From the human T2T-CHM13v2.0 reference genome, Homo sapiens, in the NCBI RefSeq assembly GCF_009914755.1, contig NC_060932.1: a stretch of 64,000 nucleotides of DNA, one strand, 5' to 3'. The notes beneath the pieces were generated by a model. It had not been told where the DNA came from. It made no database searches and saw only the letters and a program-made list of their open reading frames with translations. The stretch's first letter is position 1. Each line of letters begins with the position of its first letter. Of the stretch, positions 25,740-38,375 are shown piece after piece. The translations under genes and the position numbers were made by a program.

Positions 25740-26350
25740 TGCTTTTTTAAAAAATAGTTGCAGAAACAGTGTCAAACATTTTTGTATACTTTCTACCCAG
25801 CTTCTCCAAATGTTAACACATTACATAACTATTAGTACAGGTAACCAGACCAGGAAATTAACATTGATACAATACTATGAATTCATCTAAATACCATATT
25901 CAAATGTTGCACATCGTCCCACTGGTGTCCTTTCTCTGGTCCAAGATCCAATCCAGGATCTCACATTGCATTTAGCCATCATGACTCCCTCTTTGTCTCC
26001 ACTCTGGGAAAGATTGCGGCTCTGTCTTTATCTTTCATGAACTTGACATTTTTCAATCATACTGGCCAGGTATTTTGCAGACTGTTCCCTACTTTGAGTT
26101 TGTGTGATGTTTTCTTTTGATTAAATTTAGGGGATACATTTTTAGCAGGAGCACTACAGAAGTGATATTGCCTCTTTCTTGGTGCATCTTATCAAAAAGC
26201 ATGTGATATTGATATATATAGCCCATTCATGCTGATGTTAATGTTGAGCATTTGTTTAAGGTGCTGTCTGCCTGGTTTCTCCATCTCCATCACAAACTTT
26301 TTGTTTTATACTTTGTAATTGATACATACCTTGTGAGGAGATATGTTGGA
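25740..26350 (-). mobile_element. L1MC4/L1MC5 3'UTR inserted into the Charlie MITE
   Basis: ccaggaaattaacattgatacaatacta, gatccaatccaggatctcacattgcatttag, ttaaggtgctgtctgcctggtttctcca. Confidence 0.85.
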
Positions 26351-26523
26351 ATTTCATCCTTTAATATTTTCATTTTTTTGTATCTTTTATAATGTATATA
26401 CTTTATCAGTGCACTACTGTAGGTATATAACTTATAAACAACTGATCAATGCACATATGGAGGGTAAATGCTCTAATAATTTTTGATAAGTTTACCTAGG
26501 CAAAAACATTTTGGAAACAACTG
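26351..26523. mobile_element. hAT-Charlie MITE, right part
   Basis: ttttataatgtatata...gggtaaatgctc...caaaaacattttggaaacaactg, a Charlie-type TIR end. Confidence 0.55.
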
Positions 26524-26729
26524 TTCTCGACCAATTTATGTTCCTTCCTTACCCTTTAAACATGACACCCCATTCCTTCTTACAAGAAACCTTCTACGGT
26601 AGCTGACTCTACCCTGTTATATTTTTTTCCTTATCTACATTTTATACTGTGCCAAATCTGTAGATGTTTGCAACAGTTTGCTAGTTTTTAAAGCACTCTT
26701 CATTTTTTTCTCACACTTCAGTGTCATGC

Positions 26730-26902
26730 AGCCTATCTAGATTCTAAGCTGGTCAAAGACAGGGATCATATATATTATATTTGTTACTAGGCTAAGTCCT
26801 CTGAGGGTAGTATCTGTGCTTGGTCTATTTCTGTACCTTCCATAATATGAACATAATGCCTTGCACATAAAAGCCTCTCAATTAGCCTTTGTTTATTGAC
26901 TG
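26730..26902 (+). mobile_element. L2 3' tail(s)
   Basis: ctagattctaagctggtcaaagacagggatcat, then actaggctaagtcctctgagggtag...tgccttgcacataaaagcctctcaat. Confidence 0.6.
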
Positions 26903-26970
26903 CGTGAGAGGATAAACATCTGGTACAATGTTTGCATAGTGAGGAAACACAATTACTTTGGTTCAATGAC

Positions 26971-27383
26971 TGTGGCAGACACTCTTGGGTGGCTAACCAA
27001 GCCACTATTTCCAACTTCTTTCTCGCCAACTTCCAGTTAGTGTTGGGCCCATGACATAGTTTTAGCTAATGAAAGAGAAGAGGAAATCTGATGTGTAGTT
27101 CTGGGAACAGCTTTTATTTTCCTCATAAATGTACTGTTGCTTCTTCCTGCTCCTGGCTTAAAATGTAGAGGTAGTGATTGGGCTGCAGCCTCCTTAGGAC
27201 CGTGAAGGAGAGAGCAAGAGAAAAGCAGAGACTTTGTTCTTTTTGTCTTTACACTGAAGAAGCAAAACCAAGAACAAGCTACTTTTGAACATCTTCTGTG
27301 TGAAAAAATAAATCCATACTGGTGTAAGGCATTATATGTGGATTTCTGCCTTCCTGTTTAGCTAAAGTATTTCTGACTTAACC
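26971..27383 (+). mobile_element. MaLR solo LTR (MLT1J-like)
   Basis: starts tgtggcagacact; gcagcctccttaggaccgtgaagg; tgtgaaaaaataaatcc polyadenylation region. Confidence 0.8.
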
Positions 27384-27824
27384 TCAATAGACCAGAAAAG
27401 CAAGAATTATTCTTTGATCGATTTGAAAAAGCTTCATTGAGAATGAGGATTTCATGATCATTTGTTATAACAGAAGAAATGGCCTTGGGTGCTTGAATTA
27501 AAAGAAATAGAAATACCCATAGATATGGTACTGCTTTGGATGTGATCTGGAGAAGGGGATAGAATGAGCAAAATACAAAGATCTAATTGCTGGGCTATGC
27601 CGATGGGTGAAGGGTTGTGGGGTAGCCAGAGATGGGATAGACGCAGACCCCCCAGGAGGGCTTTGAGAGCTGGCAGTGTGAAGGAAAACTCATAATGCTA
27701 CAAGGAAAGGTAGGAATTAGGTAAAGATAATGCAGCAGGCAGATCAGAAACAGGGCTACACTTATGAAAATGGAAAACTGAAGAGGCCACCAGAGATGTG
27801 ATGAAATGAGGAGCAGCGGGACGT

Positions 27825-28050
27825 AGCAGATAGCTCAGGATGTGTGGGCTCAGAGGCAGGAGTTCAAACCTCACTTCTGCTATATCCTAGCTGAGCATGC
27901 TGGCTAGTGCACGCACTTTCACAAGTGCATGTCCTGTGTGACAGTAATAGAAGAGGTTTTATTATTTTGTGAGGCGTATACCTCAAGAGAGGTATGAAAC
28001 AACTGCTCCAATAGGAAATGGTAGAAAGTAGTAAACACATGACATTTGTT
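27825..28050 (+). mobile_element. degenerate MIR
   Basis: gtgggctcagaggcaggagttcaaacctcacttctgcta...ctagctg. Confidence 0.45.
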
Positions 28051-30719
28051 GATACCAAACTGTAGTTTGGCTTGAGTGTGATTTTGTGCCACATGTTCTC
28101 TATCAATATGGAAGAGAATTCTTTGCTAGGCATTTTGTCCCTTTGACTGAGGCTCAGCCAGTGGAAGGGATGGCTTCCAATATGATGGTGGACCTCAAAT
28201 CTCAGGGTCTCTGATGTGCTTGGGTTTCAGTGGTCCCAAATACAAACTTCTGGCACTCCGCTCAATTTCAGAGGCAATGGCAGGAAAGTTTGATGCAAAC
28301 AATCTTAGCAGTTTAAATCCCTAATAGTTTTCAAGCCAATAGTAGTTAATGAATGTTACATTTTTGTCTTTTCACCTATTTTAATTGGGGGACCTTCTGT
28401 AAAATGCTATTTTGGGTTCTAGCACATTCACTAGTAGGGGTTACTACTCAAAGCCAAACTCATTCAGCCAACAGCACTAAAAATACTCTTGGTTTCTGCC
28501 AGTCAATTTTCTTCTATTTTCACAATTAGTGGTTCTGCCTGGAAACTGCCTGCCAACATGCAAATCTCATCCAAGGGCTGATGGAAATTTGAGAATGTGC
28601 TAAGCTGTGTAAGGTTTAAGAGCAACATTATTCATTCACTATTTGAAATATTTAAACAAATGTAAATCAAAAAAGGGGATGAAATCTCATTATAAGAAAT
28701 GAATGGCTGCTTTCCACTCTTTCTACAATAGTCTTGATACGATTTACATACCATTTGTAATATTAATATTATTGTAGTAAAATAAATCACATCCTTCACT
28801 TTTACATTTTTAATTACATTTTACTGCATTTGTTCTTTTGTTTATAGTTAATTAATAAAATATTTATTACATCTTACATATATGGTGGTGTTTCTGTATT
28901 TTAATCAGATTTTACACATAATCTTTTCTCTCTCTTTTAGTATCTTTTTTATGACCCTACACACCACAGGATGTTGTTTTGTGGAAAACCTCATTATTTT
29001 TTAATGCATGGCTATTTATTAATGTATTGTGTCTATAACACACTATGCATTTCTTTGAATTGATGAATACATTTACATCCACTTGAGAATAAAAATTCCC
29101 TTAAGGGCCAATCTCACATTTCTCTCGCTGTGCTGCCAGAAGCCTATACTGATTGTTTTTCTTACTTTGTTGAGAAGTGGAAAGTGAAAAGGAGAGAAAA
29201 AGATGGAGAAAAAAAGAGAGATACAATAATCAGCATTTTAAAATTTCATTTTCTGGAAAACCTTTCTGCTGAGGTAAAAAATTAATACCTCGTTGCAAAA
29301 TGGAATTTTTAGAGCATGCAAATTAATTTACCCTTTGAAAAATCTTATATTTGATGTGCGTTTTATGTTGAACAATTGACCTGCTGTTTCTCAAGTTATT
29401 TTCCATTGTATTTGTTGAATTATCCCCTCTACTGCTCCACTATGTTGCACTTAGAGGATTAGATATTAATTGAATGACGAGTGAAGAACACAGTTAGCTA
29501 GAATAGCAGGTACCACTGAAGATAATTTTAAGCTGTAAAAAACAAAAGACTTTTTCTTATTTAAAACTCTTCTACTAACTGTGAGCCTTACTCCCCACAA
29601 CTCAGAGAGTCTATGTAAGCTGGCAGACCAGGTTAGAGAGAAACAATGCTTCCCTCCAGGTGTGAGGAGCTGGACACAGCTGCCCAGTTAATTCATCCAC
29701 TATTTGCACTATTTGTGAATTTCCCTGGGGCTTGCTGGGTGTGGGCCCTGGGCATGCATCATGCTAAGCACTCTTCCCCATGATCTTGGAAATCTTGAAG
29801 GGACGCTTATCTGGATTCATTTTTGGAAACAGTACAGAAAAGTGGCTAGCATAAATGACTAGGAGGACCAGAGGATTTGACCTCAGCAGAATTCTCCTTT
29901 GCTCCAGTGAATGTGAGCCAGGTTTAAAGGGAGGAAAGTGAAAGAATGGGGAGCACGACTGAAGCTCCATTTTCTACAGAAAGCATTGTTTTGAATGCTG
30001 CAGAGAGAAAACATGATACAGGCAGAAAAGTGTCCCTCTGTCATTTTCTCCCTCCTGCCCCACTGTACAGCTTTGCTTGACATCATCAATTACCTGCACA
30101 CTCACAGTGCTCTTGGAGGCATTTCCATGATGACTCTCTATATTTTAAATGCTTCTCTGTTTCCAAGAAATACATTTAATTTTCATATGGTTTGAAGAGG
30201 CTGCTGAGCAGGAAATTTATTGTGACCTTTAATTTCAAAAAGTAAATGTGTCCATTGTGACTATGTGTTCAGCAAATAGGAATGTGAAATGCTTTCTAAG
30301 AGAATATACTAGAAGGAAGTGTTTCCACCTAGTCACAGAGAGACACCACGCTTCTCCATCTTCTGAATAAATCAGGCACACGTACCTCCATGTGGGCTGG
30401 ATGCAGGACCTCTTTGGCAATTAGGGGCACTCTTGATACTCTCTTACAAGCTGTGGGAGATAGTCCAGGACCAGTTAGGTATCAACAGCTTTTCAGGCAT
30501 CACACTGACATATTACTGGCTTAGAGATGCTCTCAGAGGTCTAAATTAACACCCTTGTCACCTCTCTGCTCTCTTAGAGCCTAAGCAATGGGGAGATAGT
30601 TTTTTATTTTTTTATTTTATTTTTTAATGAATGACTAAGCACATACTTAAAGGTAATTATTCCTAGTTTTCTCAAAGATCTAGCAGTAAGCTAGATCTGT
30701 GGGTCATATGATATTGTTC

Positions 30720-30800
30720 ATTTGCTATTAAGTCATTCAAATTCTCAGAGCCTTGGTTTCCTCATGCTAAAATGGGAACGCAATAATAAAGGCTTCACAA
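30720..30800 (+). mobile_element. MIR core fragment
   Basis: aagtcattcaaattctcagagccttggtttcctcatgctaaaatggg. Confidence 0.65.
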
Positions 30801-30875
30801 ATGTTAACTGCCAGTAACAAACACTTCTGAGACTACCTAAATGCTAAATATCTTCTTTGTCTTTCTCTCTCTCTC

Positions 30876-31178
<303 letters not shown>

Positions 31179-31876
31179 TGACACTGCTTCTGACATTTCT
31201 GCTTCTCCTTTAATGGAATCCCTCGAGTTCTTTGAAGATGAGCCTAAGCTCTCACTCTCACCTACCTTTTGCTTCTGTTCACCTCACGGGGCTTCATGCT
31301 TAATATTATTTATTGAAACAAAATGGGCCTTCCTGTAACTTTGATTTGTTCTTTGTGTCTTTGTTCTCTTCTGTATTCAGAAATTAGCTTTTCATTTTCT
31401 AATTTGGTGGTGAATTCTGTACAATTAATCTCTGCAGCATTTCCAACACCAGCTGGCCCATCTTCCTTCCACCCTCTCTGTGGGTCCTGAACATGGGGAT
31501 CCCTCTCTCTTCTCCCTGTGTGCTGGTGGGTGCTACCTGCTCATGGAAGTCTTCCCCATTTTCCAGCCTGGAGTAGAGACTGAGTTATTGTCCCTCAGGG
31601 CATGGGATGCTTTTCCTGTGGATGCTTTTAATAATCTGTAATTCCATACCTATTTGTCTTTTTGTTTAATGGCTTTCCACCGGGAAACATTTCCATATTG
31701 CTGCTGTTGTTGTTGTTCACTGTTAGAAAGGTAGCCTAACTCATCTTCTCCCCACCTATGGTCCTCATTGTTCTTAAAGCAGATAGTACCATTCTTCACA
31801 CATAGATACTGGTGCATAAAGGTACACAAGAAATGAATGAACAAATTGAGTGTATATACATACATAGTTATTATAT

Positions 31877-31942
31877 TGTGTGTGTGTGTGTGTGTATACA
31901 CACACACATATACATATATATATATACATATATATATATATA
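31877..31942 (+). repeat. (TG)n(TA)(CA)n(TA)n alternating pyrimidine-purine tract
   Basis: 66 bp of uninterrupted YR alternation. Confidence 0.9.
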
Positions 31943-32229
31943 AAAAACATTATTCACATGCTTTTGGGAATTAATATTTTGTTTCTCTTTATTTTTCACT
32001 GGGACTACTGGAAGATTCCCCAAAGCTCTTTAATGTCTCACAGCAGGCCACTATTTACATGGCTGTCTGAATCGTGTGCTTAAATAAAAGTTAGGTGATG
32101 CAATTTTCTTGCCTCCAAATTTACTAAACTTCATCTCACTGCTTTCAGATTTAAGTGTTCACTCTTAAACATAAACTTCTAGATCCTCAAAATCGCACTC
32201 CTCTTACCTTTCCAGGCTCCTTGCCCTAA

Positions 32230-32590
32230 GTCAACACCACACAGTGGTCCTCTGGCTGTGAGCACGTGGTTTCAACAGCTCCAGTTCTCTGTGCATGCTG
32301 TCCCCTCTTCCCCAGGCTTCCTCTCACTTCTCGTTGCCACTTACTCTTTGACATGCCTTGAGATTTTACTTCCTCTGTGGGTCTTTTCCCATAGCCTCTC
32401 TGTGTGATAACACTGTTGTAAACTTCTGTGATTTAGTGTTTATTGAGCATATCTTTTTTTTCTGCACAGTGCTGTACGATTGGTATCCCATCAGACAGTA
32501 ATAGCCATGAAGGCATGGACTAGCCCCTTAGGCTGGCTCCATTGTCTTTGTCACAAAGTACTATGATTATTCAACTCTGTTGAATTATTA
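32230..32590 (+). mobile_element. degenerate L2 3' region
   Basis: tgcatgctgtcccctcttcc..., ccccatcagacagtaatagccatgaaggcatggact. Confidence 0.45.
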
Positions 32591-34189
32591 ATAAACCTAG
32601 TAACAGCTGCCTCAAACTTTCTAATATAATGTATTCTGGTATGAGAGTGCTCTTAATAGAGACATTTGGACCCATTTTAAGTGCCTTTGAACAGGTGGAA
32701 CAGGTAACAGTTCAGCCAAGTGTATTGACATCATGTAGGCTTTGTACTGTATTCCTTAAATGGAGTTTTACATTTAGAAATTACCTAGAACCTACCCAGT
32801 ACTCACATAACTACTGCAAATGAGGAGAAAAACATATTTTTATTGGCAAAGAGAATAATGGCATAGGTCTACTATAAGGATCCTGATTCCAAAGTGAAAT
32901 GTGACTGCGAAGCAATTTGTCTAAAGGCCAATGTGCCATTAATCTGTGACCAATTCTGTTCTTTGTCCCCAGAGGGATCATCAACCATGTTTTACAGGTG
33001 GATTTCATAACAATTTTATAAGCATATATGTTTACCATTATGGAGATGATTTTTGCAGGATGGAAGTCTTATTTGGTGATGTCATATTTCCCCCTAACTT
33101 TTAAAAATGTGTGAGAGCAGGGTTTATGATAGTTTATGTAAAATTATCCCAAGTATACTAAAAGTAAATAATCAAATAGTTTATTTGCTTTCATAACAAA
33201 TAGAAGGTTTGATTAATCTGTTCTCTGAGGGATATGCCAAAATGTGAAACCAAAATAACTCATTCCCCTGCACTGTTGGATATTCCCAATTGACTGTTGT
33301 GCTTGACTACATCAATTTTACTAATTTTTAAAGATTTGTCTACACACTAAAGTTTGGCATTTACTAAGAGGCATACTTTCCTCCTCTCTTCTTTCCTGCT
33401 TAGGTGTGTTTTACAAGACTTTTGCTACTACCATGGGTAAAAGTTCCAGAGTTTCTGGCTCCCTTCTAGTCTGTTTACAGCTCACCCATTTGTCAAAATG
33501 TGAGACTTAAGAACATCAAGCTTCAAAACTGTCATTGGTAGTCCAGAAATATTAAAAGTATTAAAAGGCAAAACTGAATTCACTTTATTCCCAGTGATTT
33601 TGATTCTTCAGAAATGAATTAACTGAATTTACTATATATAGATGTCATCTTTAAAATATGCTTTGAATGATATATGCAAATGGTAACCAAATTAAGACAA
33701 GATTTTATGACACAAATTGAAAATCCAAAGTATGTACTAACCAAAACGATATAATTCATTAATTATTTTTACTCTTCCACTCTAAGTATCTTTTGAATTG
33801 GTTTTTCTTCATAGGTATCTAGCAAATAGATAAACGTATCAATCCTGCTTGAGAAGAGATAACACTGTCTCTGTACTTACATCCTGGTTTGTCAGATTTC
33901 ATGAACAGAGCAAAATATTGCTTCCCTCACTTGTATATTGTATGCTCTGCAGAATGAAAACTCACAAATAGCCAAGCAGAGAGAACTTTCCCCATCTGTT
34001 CTGAAGTTTTGAAACTTTAGGGTAAGCCATGTGTAAGTGTATGGGGAATATTGTGTGATGTCAAGTTGTTCTTTCTAGGACCACGGAAGTAAAAGATATA
34101 AAATGTAGTCAGAGTGCAAATTCTTAGTGCTTGTTTACTTTGTGCTGTTAACTTGATGCTATTCATTTTATTCTGTACCTGTTTAAATA

Positions 34190-34500
34190 GCCTTAATATA
34201 GTTTATATCTTTTAAAATATTGTAGATTAAGCTTAATAGTTCCTATCATAATATACATTACATGCATTTTAAACTGTCTATATTAAAATTATACATAATT
34301 TTAATTATGTATTACATATAGTTATATTATAGTATATAATAATATATCTATATAATGTGCTATAAATATGTGTAATTAAAATTTTAAATACGTAAATTTT
34401 ATGTAGATGTTAATATTTTTTTAAATATGAAGTTTAATTGTGATATAAAGTTTAAAATATAATATAATTTATATTAAGTATTTAAGCAAGTACAGAAAAA
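34190..34500. repeat. AT-rich low-complexity region
   Basis: very high A+T with TA runs. Confidence 0.7.
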
Positions 34501-34645
34501 ATAATATTTTACACACATATGTGTAAACTCTATTTCTGTGGTTGACTCTGTGATTGTGAGGGATAAGTAAAAATAAAAACTTAGGGTTTCAAATAAGTTA
34601 CTAAAATGTGTGTGTATATGACATAGATATAGATCTATCAATATG

Positions 34646-34691
34646 CACACACAAGCACGCACACACACACACACACACACACGCACGCGCA
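34646..34691 (+). repeat. (CA)n microsatellite with CACG interruptions
   Basis: direct reading. Confidence 0.9.
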
Positions 34692-34734
34692 ACTTGGACA
34701 CCCAATCAAATCACACGTCATTTTTCATTCAGCA

Positions 34735-35275
34735 CCTGGCTGACTGCCCTCATCAGCTCTCACTGCCTCCTCTCTCCTTCCCCAATTACAGTGGCCTCCG
34801 TGGTTGGTGCTCAGTCATTTCAAGCCTCTCCTACCTCAGGGGCTTTGCACTTGCTTAGGTCATCTTTCCCTAGGTATCCACATGCTCACTTCCTTCAAAT
34901 CCCTGCTCACGTGTCATCTTATTAGCAAGGTTTTTTTCTACCCACTCTATATAAACGAGTAAGCCTCACCCTCTCTTCTTTAGCATTTCCTCATCCTGTT
35001 TTGTTGTTCTCTATAGCATTTTTCATCATCTGCCGTGCTATATATGTATTTTCTCTCCTGCCATATCTATGCTTGAAACGATTACTCCTTCTGATGGAAC
35101 AGGAAAAAGAAGATCTGTATCATTATGGCATGCTGGTGAATGATGACGAAAATGAGGGGACGTATCTGAGTTGTGTGAAGAGTCTCAACCTCCTCACCCA
35201 ATTTTCATCATGTACAACCCAATTCCTGGAAGGTGTTAGGTGCTGAATGAGCTCTTATTAACCAGAACAAATGAG
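34735..35275 (+). mobile_element. L2a 3' region, interrupted near 35070-35170
   Basis: cctacctcaggggctttgcacttgct, ccttcaaatccctgctcacgtgtcatctt, tail ttcctggaaggtgttaggtgctgaat. Confidence 0.75.
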
Positions 35276-36209
35276 GAAACAACAAGTGACAGGGAGCTCA
35301 TGCCAGCCATGTGGTTCCTGTTTGTCCCCCACCTATTTCATATACCTTAGGTATTTCTTCACATTAAAAGAAAACCATATTAATTTTGCTCTCATGCATT
35401 TACACTTCAGAATCTAATCAGGTTAAATTACAAGGGAATTATAATTGTGCTCCATTACTTAAGATTTGCAAAAACTTGCCCTCAGAAACTTTAGTAAAAT
35501 ATTCATGTTCAACTAGAAGATACTTGATATTTTGATAATTTTCTCAAATCATCAAACCTCAAAGGCATTTTTGAAAGTAATTTTTCATTAATTTTAAGAT
35601 GAATATCAAGAAAGCCATGTTGCAAATTCTCATCCTCTTTGGCAATAGGATATTGAATAAGATATTTTATAAGATATTATTAAATATGTTATCTATATTT
35701 AATAAAAAACTTGTTAGCATAATTAGCATAAAAACAAAACAAAATAAAAATTAACAAATATTACCATTGAAAGATGTGTCCATAAGGTACAATTATGACT
35801 TTAAAATAAAATAAAGTCTTTCTGATAAAGAAATGAATGTCCAGGAACGCCTTAATTTTCTAGACTATTTTAAAGATCTAGATAGTCAAATACGTTACTA
35901 AATTTATATTTCTCTTCCTATAAAACTACAGTTGAGGGAGAAATATCCAATATATAACAAGATAGCTACAAATTCTCCAGCTTATGTAGTGTTGCCAAAT
36001 ATTTATGTCTCACATAATAAAAATGACATCTTGCAGTCCACATTTTATCTTTCTAAGAATTGCCAGAGAAAACACTGGGAAGGCATTATAGAAGCATTTT
36101 CTTTGGACCTGGCAATGTAGGAAGAGTGAAAGATGGACGGAGCCCAGTTGCCTGGCAGTAGGAAGGCCCAATGTTAGAGATCATGACATCAAGAGACAGA
36201 CTTACCTGC

Positions 36210-36412
36210 ATAAAATATGATGAGTTAAGTTTGTACGTGTACTTTATGTGTCAGAGTTAAGTAAAATATCCAGGTGGAAGAATCTAGAATTTAGTTAGAA
36301 ATAAAATAAGGCTGAACTTAAATAGAGATTTATGATTCGCTTATATAGAATGGTAACTGAAGAAGAGTTTGAAGAATAAAAATAGGGCTAAGGCTAAAGT
36401 TTTGTGGAATCT
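36210..36412 (-). mobile_element. L2 fragment
   Basis: atgatgagttaagtttgtacgtgt...atatccaggtggaaga...atagagattt. Confidence 0.5.
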
Positions 36413-37479
36413 GAAACAGTCCCTTCTGTTTTCTAATTTATTGTGTAAACTGGGTCTTACTATATAATTCAGCTAGAAAATAATTAGTTCAGATAGACAT
36501 AGAAAATATAGGAATTTTAAAAGGTAACAATTGACTACCTTAAGAATACTGTATGGCATAAGGTAAGACATATATATAATCCATCAATTACCAATTACGT
36601 GAATATTTAGGGAAATAGGCAGTAGTTTAAGTAATTCTTTGCTTTGGAAATGTTTCCTCCATTCTGACTCTCAACTGTGTGTATACCAGCCAATTTATTT
36701 CTTCCTTGCAGGTTGTGCATTTAATCAATGTTTACAAATAAACCACTAGAGACTTAGTTTGAAATGGGAGATTAAACTTTGAAATTTGTTTCAATGAACT
36801 GATGAAGATTTAATCATTTTGTTGACTTTTAATGCTGATTTAATGGGAAGATATTTAGATGTTTAGAGAAATACAAAACATGAGCCTGAGATATATGTTT
36901 CTAGGCAAATAAATAAAATATTTACATCTATTTTGTGAGGCCCCTCATATTGACTTCCTTTAACCATATTGTATCTGTAAGAGAAATTCCAATATCATAA
37001 AATACAAGGATAATTGTACCTCAGTGATAGTGAGCCCTAAAGTTTAGGAGTAGAGAAAGTAGGTGACTACTGTAGTTCCAACTCACTCAGGTTTGTAAAG
37101 CACCGTGTTTGTCTACACTAGATTAATTGGAGGCTTCTTCCAGTAGCTTTAAGGACCCTGGGTCTGTAAGTCCTACTCTCAAATTGTCTAGGGACAATCA
37201 GTGATTGGTTCATAGATGAGCAAGTGACTCAGACTCAAAGCAGGAGATTTTGGCTAATTCTTCCGGGTAAGAGACTCTTGCTCTTTTTCATTGGATTTGA
37301 AAGGGAAAAAATGTAAGGAGTGAAGGTGCTTTGTGAACTCGTTCCCTTGAAGGGAGAGCTTGCTGAAAATGAAGCTTTATGGATGAGAGATACATGGAGT
37401 GGAATGAGTGGAATTGGGGCCTGGTAACAGTATGTCAGCCTTGGCCACATTGCCCTGAAACCAGCTCTGTCTTCGATTG

Positions 37480-37505
37480 TTTTTTTTTTTTTTTTTTTTT
37501 TTTTT
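37480..37505 (+). repeat. T26 homopolymer not attached to an Alu or L1
   Basis: 26 T counted, followed by ccag. Confidence 0.95.
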
Positions 37506-38229
37506 CCAGTTTTGGTGCTTAGTTCCTTTTTTAATCCTAAATTCAACTCGCGGGGAGCTTCTTTGTCACTGTAAGTGTTCTCAACGATAAGATAGTTTCC
37601 TGTTGGTGATTTTGTTTTTCTCTAAGAAATTCTTAAATATAACCTCAGAGGAAAGTCACATCTTAAAATCTAGTACCCAAGCTATGACTATGCCTTGCTC
37701 AATATTCAGGAAGTCTCCTGGGTCAATCTGGTCCTCCCACAGCTCCAAGAAAAATTAGGTGCCTTCTGTATTCAAATAGTTTTATGTCTTGTGCTGCTTC
37801 AGTTTGGTACCTGACTTGAGACTGCATATGGTGGAAACTGAAACCCTATTGCCTGATGTGTTCGGAGCAGGAGCGTCATCAGACTACATGGTGCTGCATG
37901 GTCCAGTCACTGGACATTTTTGTGATGTATGTTGGGATGTCTGTCAACCACAGGCATGCATGGCCGAACCATTATGATTTCTCAGAATTCATGTACGCTG
38001 TATTCTCTCTGTCCCTCTCTGGCTTGTTTTTTATTAAGGATGAAGAGTTAAATGTAGATTCCATGTAAAACTCTATTTCCTTCACATTTGTTTTAAGGCC
38101 AGAGCAGGTGCACCCCTGTGCAATGTAGTGTTGCATAAGCACTTTGTGAGTGTGTCCTCCCCTGGTCCCTATACCCAAGACTCAGTTTCTACTTGTGCCT
38201 GAGAAGATATGGTAAGGACTCTTCATTGT

Positions 38230-38375
38230 TGGACAGCACTTTACCAAACATTTGCAAGCCTGAATTTGGTCATAGGAAGTAGATGGTTATGCCCTTGATT
38301 TATAAATGGGGGTATTGAACCTCAGCGACATTGAGACCAGAAGGCAGGTCTTTTAATATCAAGTCTAGGCTCCTG
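38230..38375 (-). mobile_element. degenerate MIR
   Basis: cagcacttta...cccttgatttataaatgggggtattgaacctcag...caggtctttt. Confidence 0.45.
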
